From the NCBI GenBank assembly GCA_964016885.1, contig OZ024744.1, forward strand, positions 80,414,001 to 80,478,000: a DNA stretch of 64,000 nucleotides, read 5' to 3'. A program made the translations under genes and the position numbers. This document shows, piece by piece, positions 12,389 through 23,900 of the stretch. Every line of letters begins with the position of its first letter. The first letter of the stretch is position 1. The DNA comes from Eledone cirrhosa. Its lineage: Eukaryota. The notes under the pieces were generated by a model. The model did not search any database. It was not told the DNA's origin and worked only from the letters and a program-made list of their open reading frames with translations.

Positions 12389-12477
12389 ATACTTTCTTAT
12401 TAATTCATAATTTGCAAAAATTCATCTTTGAAGGTTTTTGTTTATGATTTCTTCGGTTATTGATATAAAGATAGTTT

Positions 12478-12517
12478 AATAAACGTTGATTGTTAAAAAA
12501 CATTTAAAAAAAAAAAA
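12478..12517 (+). terminator. Polyadenylation signal AATAAA and downstream A-tract (repeated in each caspase unit)
   Basis: AATAAA at 12478-12483 and A12 at 12506-12517; equivalents near 14141 and 15844. Confidence 0.6.
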
Positions 12518-12652
12518 TAATTATAAGTTTATAAAATATTCCTGAAGAACATTATCGTTTCTACCCCCACCACTAACTTTTAATTATAACATTAATGAAA
12601 CTTATTCATTTCAACAATTAATCTAATTTTGTAATTTTAATTAAGAAATATT

Positions 12653-12819
12653 GGTGGATTGGCAGTATCAGTAGAGGGTCGGACGCAATGCTTTCCAGCA
12701 TAGTTACGTCCCTTTACGATCTGAGTTCAAATCCTGCCGAGGTTGACTTTGCCTTTCATCCTTAGCGGGTCGATAAAATAAAGTACCAGTAATGCACTGG
12801 CTAATTGCTGGCCTTGTGC
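12653..12819 (+). mobile_element. Tail-less SINE at the junction of caspase units 1 and 2
   Basis: Same family as 4699-4897 but ends at ggccttgtgc, without the ctaaagtagaaac(att)n tail. Confidence 0.9.
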
Positions 12820-13193
12820 GAATACTCACGTAAGTGTAAGTGTATGTATGTGTGTGTGTAAATATATATATATATATCAATATATAGTAGTACACCCACA
12901 AACTGTAGCAGTTATCATTAAGTTCCGGGTTGACTTGGTCAGCCGATAAAAGTGACGCAATTATCAAAACAGTCAGATTTTTCTTATTAAGTTGTTATCT
13001 ACGACTCCTTCTGAGGACATTTAATTAGTAACCCATGACAATCGTTTTATATTAACTAATAGAACGTGTTCTTTATTCTTGGGATATCAACTGAACTGAA
13101 GAGAAGAAACGTACCCCAATTACACAATCATTTCGTTATTATCTTACTCCGTTTCTCATTCTACTTAACTGTCAATAGATATTACATTCAACT

Positions 13194-14051
13194 ATGGATT
13201 ACACAGATGCACGACCTATTACAGGTATATATTTTAATGAGAGAGACATTACACTACCTACTGCATGTAAAATGCCAGTTGATGGAAGTATTGAGTGTGG
13301 AAGTACCAGTTATGTTATGGATCCCAATAAAAGGAACCTAGCTTTAATAATCAATAATGAAGAATTTGATAAATCGACTGGTTTGCTTGATCGACAAGGA
13401 TCCGATAAAGATCAATCGGTTATGGAAACAGTATTGAAATCATTACATTTTGAAGTAATTACTCGAAAGAATTTATCAGAGAAACAAACTATACAAATCT
13501 TTGAAGATATAGCTTCGATGGATCACAGAAACAATAACTGCTTCGTTTGTATTATATTGAGTCACGGGGAAGAAGAAAACCAGATATGGTGCACAGATAA
13601 TAAGGTAAAACTTGACAGTTTAGTTGAAATGTTACTTCCTGATCGATGTCTGTCTTTAAAAGGTAAACCTAAACTATTTTTCATACAAGCCAGTCGAGGA
13701 TCGAAACTGGATAGTGGTGCACTGCTTCACGATGCTGAAGTTAGTCAATGGAGTAAATATGAAAATATCAAATCTTACAATATACCTCAATGGCCAGACG
13801 TACTTATAGCTCAATCTACTGTCCCCGGATTTTTATCCTGGAGAAATGAAACTACTGGATCCTGGTTTATACAATCGCTAGCCAAAGTTCTGCGTAAAGA
13901 CGGAAGTCAACATGAACTGCAAAGACTAATGATTTCAGTAAATCGTATGGTAGCCTATGAATATCAGTCTAATAATGTGAATTTGTATGGAATGAAACAG
14001 GTTCCATATATAGCGAACATGTTAACAAAAGAATTATACTTTTACAAGTAA
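13194..14051 (+). CDS. Caspase-3/7-like copy 2, catalytic Cys-to-Ser (QASRG); predicted inactive pseudo-caspase with an intact ORF
   Basis: Full-length 285-aa ORF. Codon AGT at 13692-13694 replaces TGT; SHG and SWRN are retained. Confidence 0.88.
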   Translation: MDYTDARPITGIYFNERDITLPTACKMPVDGSIECGSTSYVMDPNKRNLALIINNEEFDKSTGLLDRQGSDKDQSVMETVLKSLHFEVITRKNLSEKQTIQIFEDIASMDHRNNNCFVCIILSHGEEENQIWCTDNKVKLDSLVEMLLPDRCLSLKGKPKLFFIQASRGSKLDSGALLHDAEVSQWSKYENIKSYNIPQWPDVLIAQSTVPGFLSWRNETTGSWFIQSLAKVLRKDGSQHELQRLMISVNRMVAYEYQSNNVNLYGMKQVPYIANMLTKELYFYK

Positions 14052-14314
14052 ATACTTTCTTATTAATTCATAATTTGCAAAAATTCATCTTTGAAGGTTT
14101 TTGTTTATGATTTCTTCGGTTATTGATATAAAGATAGTTTAATAAACGTTGATTGTTAAAAAACATTTAAAAAAAAAAATAATTATAAGTTTATAAAATA
14201 TTCCTGAAGAACATTATCGTTTCTACCCCCACCACTAACTGTTAATTATAACATTAATGAAACTTATTCATTTCAACAATTAATCTAATTTTGTAATATT
14301 AATTAAGAAACATT

Positions 14315-14481
14315 GGTGGATTGGCAGTATCAGTAGAGGGTCGGACGCAATGCTTTCCAGCATAGTTACGTCCCTTTACGATCTGAGTTCAAATCCTGCC
14401 GAGGTTGACTTTGCCTTTCATCCTTAGCGGGTCGATAAAATAAAGTACCAGTAATGCACTGGCTAATTGCTGGCGTTGTGC
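14315..14481 (+). mobile_element. Tail-less SINE at the junction of caspase units 2 and 3
   Basis: Near-identical to 12653-12819, with the same breakpoints. Confidence 0.9.
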
Positions 14482-14857
14482 GAATACTCACGTAAGTGTA
14501 AGTGTATGTATGTGTGTGTGTAAATATATATATATATATATCAATATATAGTAGTACACCCACAAACTGTAGCAGTTATCATTAAGTTCCGGGTTGACTT
14601 GGTCAGGCGATAAAAGTGACGCAATTATCAAAACAGTCAGATTTTTCTTATTAAGTTGTTATCTACGACTCCTTCTGAGGACATTTAATTAGTAACCCAT
14701 GACAATCGTTTTATATTAACTAATAGAACGTGTTCTTTATTCTTGGGATATCAACTGAACTGAAGAGAAGAAACGTACCCCAATTACACAATCATTTCAT
14801 TATTATCTTACTCCGTTTCTCATTCTACTTAACTGTCAATAGATATTACATTCAACT

Positions 14858-15760
14858 ATGGATTACACAGATGCACACCCTATTGCAGGTATATATTTTA
14901 ATGAGAGAGACATTACACTACCTACTGCATGTAAAATGCCAGTTGATGGAAGTATTGAGTGTGGAAGTACCAGTTATGTTATGGATCCCAATAAAAGTAA
15001 CCTAGCTTTAATAATCAATAATGAAGAATTTGATAAATCGACTGGTTTGCTTGATCGAGAAGGATCCGATAAAGATCAATCGGTTATGGAAACAGTATTG
15101 AAATCATTACATTTTGAAGTAATTACTCGAAAGAATTTATCAGAGAAACAAACTATACAAATCTTTGAAGATATAGCTTCGATGGATCACAGAAACAATA
15201 ACTGCTTCGTTTGTATTATATTGAGTCACGGGGAAGAAGAAAACCAGATATGGTGCACAGATAATAAGGTAAAACTTGACAGTTTAGTTGAAATGTTACT
15301 TCCTGATCGATGTCCGTCTTTAAAAGGTAAACCTAAACTATTTTTCATACAAGCCTGTCGAGGAGTGAAATATGATTGTGGTGCACTGCTTCAACAAGCC
15401 TGTCGAGGATCGAAACTGGATAGTGGTGAACTGCTTCACGATGCTGAAGTTAGTCAATGGAGTAAATATGAAAATATCAAATCTTACAATATACCTCAAT
15501 GGGTAGACGTACTTATAGCTCAATCTACTGTCCCCGGATTTTTCTCCTGGAGAAATGAAACTACTGGATCCTGGTTTATACAATCGCTAGCCAAAGTTCT
15601 GCGTAAAGACGGAAGTCAACATGAACTGCAAAGACTAATGATTTCAGTAAATCATATGGTAGCCTATGAATATCAGTCTAATAATGTGGATATGAATCGA
15701 ATGAAACAGATTCCATATATAGCGAACATGTTAACAAAAGAATTATACTTTTACAAGTAA
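14858..15760 (+). CDS. Caspase-3/7-like copy 3, with a duplicated QACRG segment
   Basis: 300 aa. FFIQACRGVKYDCGALLQ-QACRGSKLDSGELLHD; in-frame 45-bp repeat at 15350-15394 and 15395-15439. Confidence 0.9.
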   Translation: MDYTDAHPIAGIYFNERDITLPTACKMPVDGSIECGSTSYVMDPNKSNLALIINNEEFDKSTGLLDREGSDKDQSVMETVLKSLHFEVITRKNLSEKQTIQIFEDIASMDHRNNNCFVCIILSHGEEENQIWCTDNKVKLDSLVEMLLPDRCPSLKGKPKLFFIQACRGVKYDCGALLQQACRGSKLDSGELLHDAEVSQWSKYENIKSYNIPQWVDVLIAQSTVPGFFSWRNETTGSWFIQSLAKVLRKDGSQHELQRLMISVNHMVAYEYQSNNVDMNRMKQIPYIANMLTKELYFYK

Positions 15761-16947
15761 ATACTTTCTTATTAATTCATAATTTGCAAAAATTCATCTT
15801 TGAAGGTGTATGATTTCTTCGGTTATTGATATAAAGATAGTTTAATAAACGTTGATTGTTAAAAAACATAAAAAAAAAAAAATGATTATAAGTTTATAAA
15901 ATATTCCTGAAGAACATTATCGTTTCTACCCCACCACTAACTGTTAATTATAACATTAATGAAACTTATTCATTTCAACAATTAATCTAATTTTGTAATA
16001 TTAATTAAGAAACATTACATAATTAAAGTAACTTTTCTTTTACAGTTGTTGTCCAGTTGATTTGTTATGGAATGTAGTGAAAATATGACTACCCCACTCC
16101 ATTTTTATTTCTTTTTGTAATATGACGAAATAATCTGCTTCGTGTATTGTTGATGTCGTTAGAAAGTCGGACAAATAATTTGCAGTATTTTTTGTCTGGC
16201 TCTGTAGCAGAATGATAGTCGTGGTCGCCAGTGTGGTAAAATGATGGTATCCTCGTTGGATTGTCCTGTCGACATAGACGTGAGGGAAGGTCCCTCGTCT
16301 ATTTACCATCTTTGTATTTACAATATTCCTTTCGACAGGTCGCCAATTCCAGCAGCATGGATTATATATGTCATTGAGACACGAGTAACATAATAATGAT
16401 TTCAACATCAGAAATTAGAGATGAAATGTATGTTTATTTTTGATGTAGCACAAACAATGTTTGTTAACTTATATGGTTGAAGTTACACATAAAAAGAGGT
16501 TACAAAAGGGAGTGTGCCATTGCGCCGGAAAGCCGGCAGGCTAGGGTGCAAAATCTCACCGTTACATTGTACGTATTGCTGGTTCGAAGTTCCTGGTGCG
16601 AGAGATAGATTCTTCAAATCTTCGCGGGGAATTTCTTCCTCAGGGCGCGTAGGGATACATCCTCTTCTACTGGCGCTGATTGGCTGAACTGAGCCAAATC
16701 ACGCACAGAGAATGTATGTGAGCCCGCGGAATGTAGGTCACTACAGCTCTATACATTCCGTGTTTATATCTAGCTGAGGTCCACCTTTCCTTTCATCTTT
16801 CCGAGGTTGATAAAATAAAGAATTTTAAATCTTACTGATTGACACATTAAGCTTCCATAATTTTTATAGTTTTTTTTTAACATACTATATAATTCGTATT
16901 AATATTGGTCGTAACTTTAATTAATAAGTATTATTAAATTTGTAAGC

Positions 16948-17132
16948 GGGCGGTGAATTGGCAGTATCGGTAGAGGGTTGGACGCTATGCTTTCTAGCAT
17001 AGTTACGTCCCCTTACAGTCTGAGTTCAAATCCCGCCGAGGTTAACTTTGCCTTTCATCCTTACGGGGTCAATAAAATAAAGTGCCAGTAATGCACTGAG
17101 TAATTGCTGGCCTCGTGCCTAAAGTAGAAACA
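16948..17132 (+). mobile_element. Full-length SINE with an 18-bp TSD
   Basis: attattaaatttgtaagc at both 16930-16947 and 17133-17150; A and B boxes present. Confidence 0.9.
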
Positions 17133-17169
17133 ATTATTAAATTTGTAAGCCCTAATTTCACTCTTATAA

Positions 17170-17660
17170 TATTTATTTGAGTCAAAATACTAGTATTGAA
17201 TATAACAATCCAAATAACCACTACATTCAACCAAACGAATACCCTGCATACTCTGAACGCCTCGGAACCCCATACTCTGAGCGCCTTGCTTCCCTGGGCA
17301 TGGATACATTAAAGCCCTGACAAGGAAGACACCAACAAAATTACTAATCATCTTTCCAACAATAACTTTGGGTACCTTTTTGAATTCCATGTGTCTAACA
17401 CCCGTGGACATGCTTACAAAGTTATAAAACAGTACAGCTCCCATGACTTTTTTCATGGTCAGAGTTGCTGAAGCATAAAACAAACAACCTGCATCAGTTG
17501 TTAGCTGTCTGGACACTGCATCCTTTAAAATTTCCATCCTTCCCAAAATTCGCCAACACTTCACCTACTATTCCCCCTCCATACACATGCTCGCACGCAT
17601 CTGTACATTATTCTATGTAATATATATACACCTTTGATGAGTTGTAGTGCACCTGAGCAC
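17170..17660 (+). mobile_element. CR1-like LINE 3' fragment
   Basis: The + strand reads NTRGHAYKV..RVAEA*NKQPASVVSC, resembling the CR1 ORF2 C-terminus. A SINE 3' fragment with a TTA tail follows (17661-17750). Confidence 0.6.
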
Positions 17661-17963
17661 TCGATAAAATAAAGTACCAGTAATGCACTGTGATAATTGC
17701 TGGCCTTGTGCCAAAAGTAGAAACAATTATTATTATTATTATTATTATTATTTAACTTTAAGCTGTTTTAAAGTATAATTTAAAGCCCGAATATTGAGAT
17801 ATATTTTTAAAAACTCAGAAAAAAATCGCTTCTCCATAAAAAAAAAAAATATATGGAAGATTTCGACCTTGAAACAGTAAACAACGTACAGATCAAAAGT
17901 TCAAAAACAACCACTATAGATCTCACCAACACCACCACCACCACCACCGCCGCCGCCGACTGC

Positions 17964-20900
17964 CATAAGCAGGTATTACACACATCTAGGACCACATACA
18001 ACTCATAATCAGGTAGCACACACATCTAGGACCACATACAACACATAAGCAGGTAATACACACATCTAGGACCACATACAACACATAATCAGGTAGCACA
18101 CACATCTAGGAACACATACAACACATAAGCAGGTAATACACACATCTAGGACCACCTGCAACACACAAGGAGGTAGCACACACATCTAGGAACACATACA
18201 ACACATAAGCAGGTAATACACACACCTAGGACCACCTGCAACACATAAGGAGGTAGCACACACATCTAGGACCACATACAACACACAGGCAGGTAATACA
18301 CACATCTAGGACCACATACAACACATAATCAGGTAGCACATACATCTAGGACCACATACAACACATAAGCAGGCAATACACACATCTAGGACCACCTGCA
18401 ACACATAAGGAGGTAGCACACACATCTAGGAACACATACAACACATAATCAGGTAGCACACACATCTAGGAACACATACAACACACAGGCACGTAATACA
18501 CACACCTAGGACCACATACAACACATAAGGAGGTAGCACACACATCTAGGACCACATACAACACACAGGCAGGTAATACACACATCTAGGACCACATACA
18601 ACTCATAAGGAGGTAGCACACACATCTAGGACCACATACTACACATAAGCAGGTAATACACACATCTAGGACCACATACAACACATAATCAGGTAGCACA
18701 CACATCTAGGAACACATACAACACATAAGCAGGTAATACACACATCTAGGACCACATACAACACATAATCAGGTAGCACACACATCTAGGAACACATACA
18801 ACACATAAGCAGGTAATACACACATCTAGGACCACATACAACACATAATCAGGTAGCACACACATCTAGGAACACATACAACACATAAGCAGTTAATACA
18901 CACATCTAGGAACACATGCAACTCATAAGGAGGTAGCACACACATCTAGGAACACATACAACACATAAGCAGGTAATACACACATCTAGGACCACATACA
19001 ACACATAATCAGGTAATACACACATCTAGGACCACATACAACACATAATCAGGTAGCACACACATCTAGGAACACATACAACACATAAGCAGGTAATACA
19101 CACATCTAGGACCACATGCAACTCATAAGGAGGTAGCACACACATCTAGGAACACATACAACACATAAGCAGGTAATACACACATCTAGGACCACATACA
19201 ACACATGATCAGGTAATACACACACCTATGACCACATACAACACATAATCAGGTAGCACACACATCTAGGAACACATACAACACACAGGCAGGTAATACA
19301 CACATCTAGGACCACATACAACTCATAAGGAGGGAGCACACACATCTAGGAACACATACAACACATAAGCTGGTAATACACACATCTAGGACCACCTGCA
19401 ACACATAAGGAGGTAGCACACACATCTAGGAACACATACAACACATAAGCAGGTAATACACACATCTAGGACCACATGCAACTCATAAGGAGGTAGCACA
19501 CACATCTAGGAACACATACAACACATAAGCAGGTAATACACACATCTAGGACCACATACAACACATAATCAGGTAATACACACATCTAGGACCACATACA
19601 ACACATAAGGAGGTAGCACACACATCTAGGAACACATACAACACACAGGCAGGTAATACACACACCTAGGACCACATACAACACATAAGGAGGTAGCACA
19701 CACATCTAGGAACACATACAACACATAAGCAGGTAATACACACATCTAGGACCACATACAACACATAAGGAGGTAGCACACACATCTAGGAACACATACA
19801 ACACATAAGCAGGTAATACACACATCTAGGACCACATACAACACATAATCAGGTAGCACACACATCTAGGAACACATACAACACATAAGCAGGTAATACA
19901 CACATCTAGGACCACATACAACACATAATCAGGTAGCACACACATCTAGGAACACATACAACACATAAGGAGGTAGCACACACATCTAGGAACACATACA
20001 ACACACAGGCAGGTAATACACACATCTAGGACCACATACAACACATAAGGAGGTAGCACACACATCTAGGAACACATACAACACACAGGCAGGTAATACA
20101 CACATCTAGGACCACATACAACACATAAGGAGGTAGCACACACATCTAGGAACACATACAACACATAAGCAGGTAATACACACACCTAGGACCACATACA
20201 ACTCATAATCAGGTAGCACACACATCTAGGACCACATACAACACATAAGGAGGTAGCACACACATCTAGGACCACATACTACACATAAGCAGGTAATACA
20301 CACATCTAGGACCACATACAACTCATAATCAGGTAGCACACACATCTAGGACCACATACAACTCATAATCAGGTAATACACACATCTAGGACCACATACA
20401 ACTCATAATCAGGTAGCACACACATCTAGGACCACATACAACACATAAGCAGGTAATACACACATCTAGGACCACATACAACTCATAATCAGGTAGCACA
20501 CACATCTAGGACCACATACAACACATAAGCAGGTAATACACACATCTAGGACCACATACAACTCATAATCAGGTAGCACACACATCTAGGAACACATACA
20601 ACACATAAGCAGGTAATACACACACCTAGGACCACATACAACTCATAATCAGGTAGCACACACATCTAGGACCACAAACAACACATAAGGAGGTAGCACA
20701 CACATCTAGGACCACATACTACACATAATCAGGTAATGCACACATCTAGGACCACATACAACTCATAATCAGGTAGCACACACATCTAGGACCACATACA
20801 ACTCATAATCAGGTAATATACACATCTAGGACCACATACAACTCATAATCAGGTAGCACACACATCTAGGACCACATACAACACATAAGCAGGTAATACA

Positions 20901-23900
20901 CACATCTAGGACCACATACAACTCATAATCAGGTAGCACACACATCTAGGACCACATACAACACATAAGCAGGTAATACACACATCTAGGACCACATACA
21001 ACTCATAATCAGGTAGCACACACATCTAGGACCACATACAACACATAAGCAGGTAATACACACATCTAGGACCACATACAACTCATAATCAGGTAGCACA
21101 CACATCTAGGACCACATACAACACATAAGCAGGTAATACACACATCTAGGACCACCTGCAACACATAAGGAGGTAGCACACACATCTAGGAACACATACA
21201 ACACATAAGCAGGTAATACACACACCTAGGACCACATACAACACATAATCAGGTAGCACACACATCTAGGAACACATACAACACATAAGCAGGTAATACA
21301 CACATCTAGGACCACATACAACACATAATCAGGTAGCACACACATCTAGGACCACATACAACACATAAGCAGGTAATACACACATCTAGGACCACATACA
21401 ACACATAATCAGGTAGCACACACATCTAGGAACACATACAACACATAATCAGGTAGCACACACATCTAGGAACACATACAACACACAGGCAGGTAATACA
21501 CACACCTAGGACCACATACAACACATAAGGAGGTAGCACACACATCTAGGACCACATGCAACACACAGGCAGGTGATACACACATCTAGGACCACATACA
21601 ACTCATAAGGAGGTAGCACACACATCTAGGACCACATACTACACATAAGCAGGTAATACACACATCTAGGACCACATACAACACATAATCAGATAGCACA
21701 CACATCTAGGAACACATACAACACATAAGCAGGTAATACACACATCTAGGACCACATACAACACATAATCAGGTAGCACACACATCTAGGAACACATACA
21801 ACACATAAGCAGGTAATACACACATCTAGGACCACATACAACACATAATCAGGTAGCACACACATCTAGGAACACATACAACACATAAGCAGTTAATACA
21901 CACATCTAGGACCACATGCAACTCATAAGGAAGTAGCACACACATCTAGGAACACATACAACACATAAGCAGGTAATACACACATCTAGGACCACATACA
22001 ACACATAATCAGGTAATACACACATCTAGGACCACATACAACACATAATTAGGTAGCACACACATTCTAGGAACACATACAACACATAAGCAGGTAATAC
22101 ACACATCTAGGACCACATGCAACTCATAAGGAGGTAGCACACACATCTAGGAACACATACAACACATAAGCAGGTAATACACACATCTAGGACCACATAC
22201 AACACATGATCAGGTAATACACACACCTGGGACCACATACAACACATAATCAGGTAGCACACACATCTAGGAACACATACAACACATAAGGAGGTAGCAC
22301 ACACATCTAGGAACACATACAACACACAGGCAGGTAATACACACACCTAGGACGACATACAACACATAAGGAGATAGCACACACATCTAGGAACACATAC
22401 AACACACAGGCAGGTAATACACACATCTAGGACCACATACAACACATAAGGAGGTAGCACACACATCTAGGAACACATACAACACATAAGCAGGTAATAC
22501 ACACACCTAGGACCACATACAACTCATAATCAGGTAGCACACACATCTAGGACCACATACAACACATAAGGAGGTAGCACACACATCTAGGACCACATAC
22601 TACACATAAGCAGGTACTACACACATCTAGGACCACATACAACTCATAATCAGGTAGCACACACATCTAGGACCACATACAACTCATAATCAGGTAATAC
22701 ACACATCTAGGACCACATACAACTCATAATCAGGTAGCACACACATCTAGGACCACATACAACACATAAGCAGGTAATACACACATCTAGGACCACATAC
22801 AACACATAAGGAGGTAGCACACACATCTAGGAACACATACAACACATAAGCAGGTAATACACACACCTAGGACCACATACAACACATAATCAGGTAGCAC
22901 ACACATCTAGGAACACATACAACACATAAGCAGGTAATACACACATCTAGGACCACATACAACACATAAGGAGGTAGCACACACATCTAGGAACACATAC
23001 AACACATAAGCAGGTAATACACACATCTAGGACCACATACAACACATAATCAGGTAGCACACACATCTAGGAACACATACAACACATAAGCAGGTAATAC
23101 ACACATCTAGGACCACATACAACACATAATCAGGTAGCACACACATCTAGGAACACATACAACACATAAGGAGGTAGCACACACATCTAGGAACACATAC
23201 AACACACAGGCAGGTAATACACACACCTAGGACCACATACAACACATAAGGAGGTAGCACACACATCTAGGAACACATACAACAGACAGGCAGGTACTAC
23301 ACACATCTAGGACCACATACAACACATAAGGAGGTAGCACACACATCTAGGACCACATGCAACACACAGGCAGGTAATACACACATCTAGGACCACATAC
23401 AACTCATAAGGAGGTAGCACACACATCTAGGACCACATACTACACATAAGCAGGTAATACACACATCTAGGACCACATACAACACATAATCAGGTAGCAC
23501 ACACATCTAGGAACACATACAACACATAAGCAGGTAATACACACATCTAGGACCACATACAACACATAATCATGTAGCACACACATCTAGGAACACATAC
23601 AACACATAAGCAGGTAATACACACATCTAGGACCACATACAACACATAATCAGGTAGTACACACATCTAGGAACACATACAACACATAAGCAGGTAATAC
23701 ACACATCTAGGACCACATACAACACATAATCAGGTAGCACACACATCTAGGAACACATACAACACATAAGGAGGTAGCACACCCATCTAGGACCACATGC
23801 AACACACAGGCAGGTAATACACAGATCTAGGACCACATACAACTCATAAGGAGGTAGCACACACATCTAGGACCACATACTACACATAAGCAGGTAATAC

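Larger units (their letters stand above)
11093..16016 (+). repeat. Tandem triplication of a ~1.66-kb caspase-containing unit
   Basis: ATGs at 11531, 13194 and 14858 (spacing 1663 and 1664). Near-identical flanks run from tgcgaatactcac to ttaagaaa(t/c)att. Confidence 0.95.

Noticed and set aside
12704-12967. Minus-strand ORFs between the caspase copies (also 14366-14563 and 62628-62840)
   Set aside because: They are antisense translations of SINE and microsatellite sequence.
16040-16745. 122-aa minus-strand ORF and a TGTAG..CTACA segment (16444-16745) as a possible gene or solo LTR
   Set aside because: The ORF has no motif support, and the segment has no TSD or second copy in the window.
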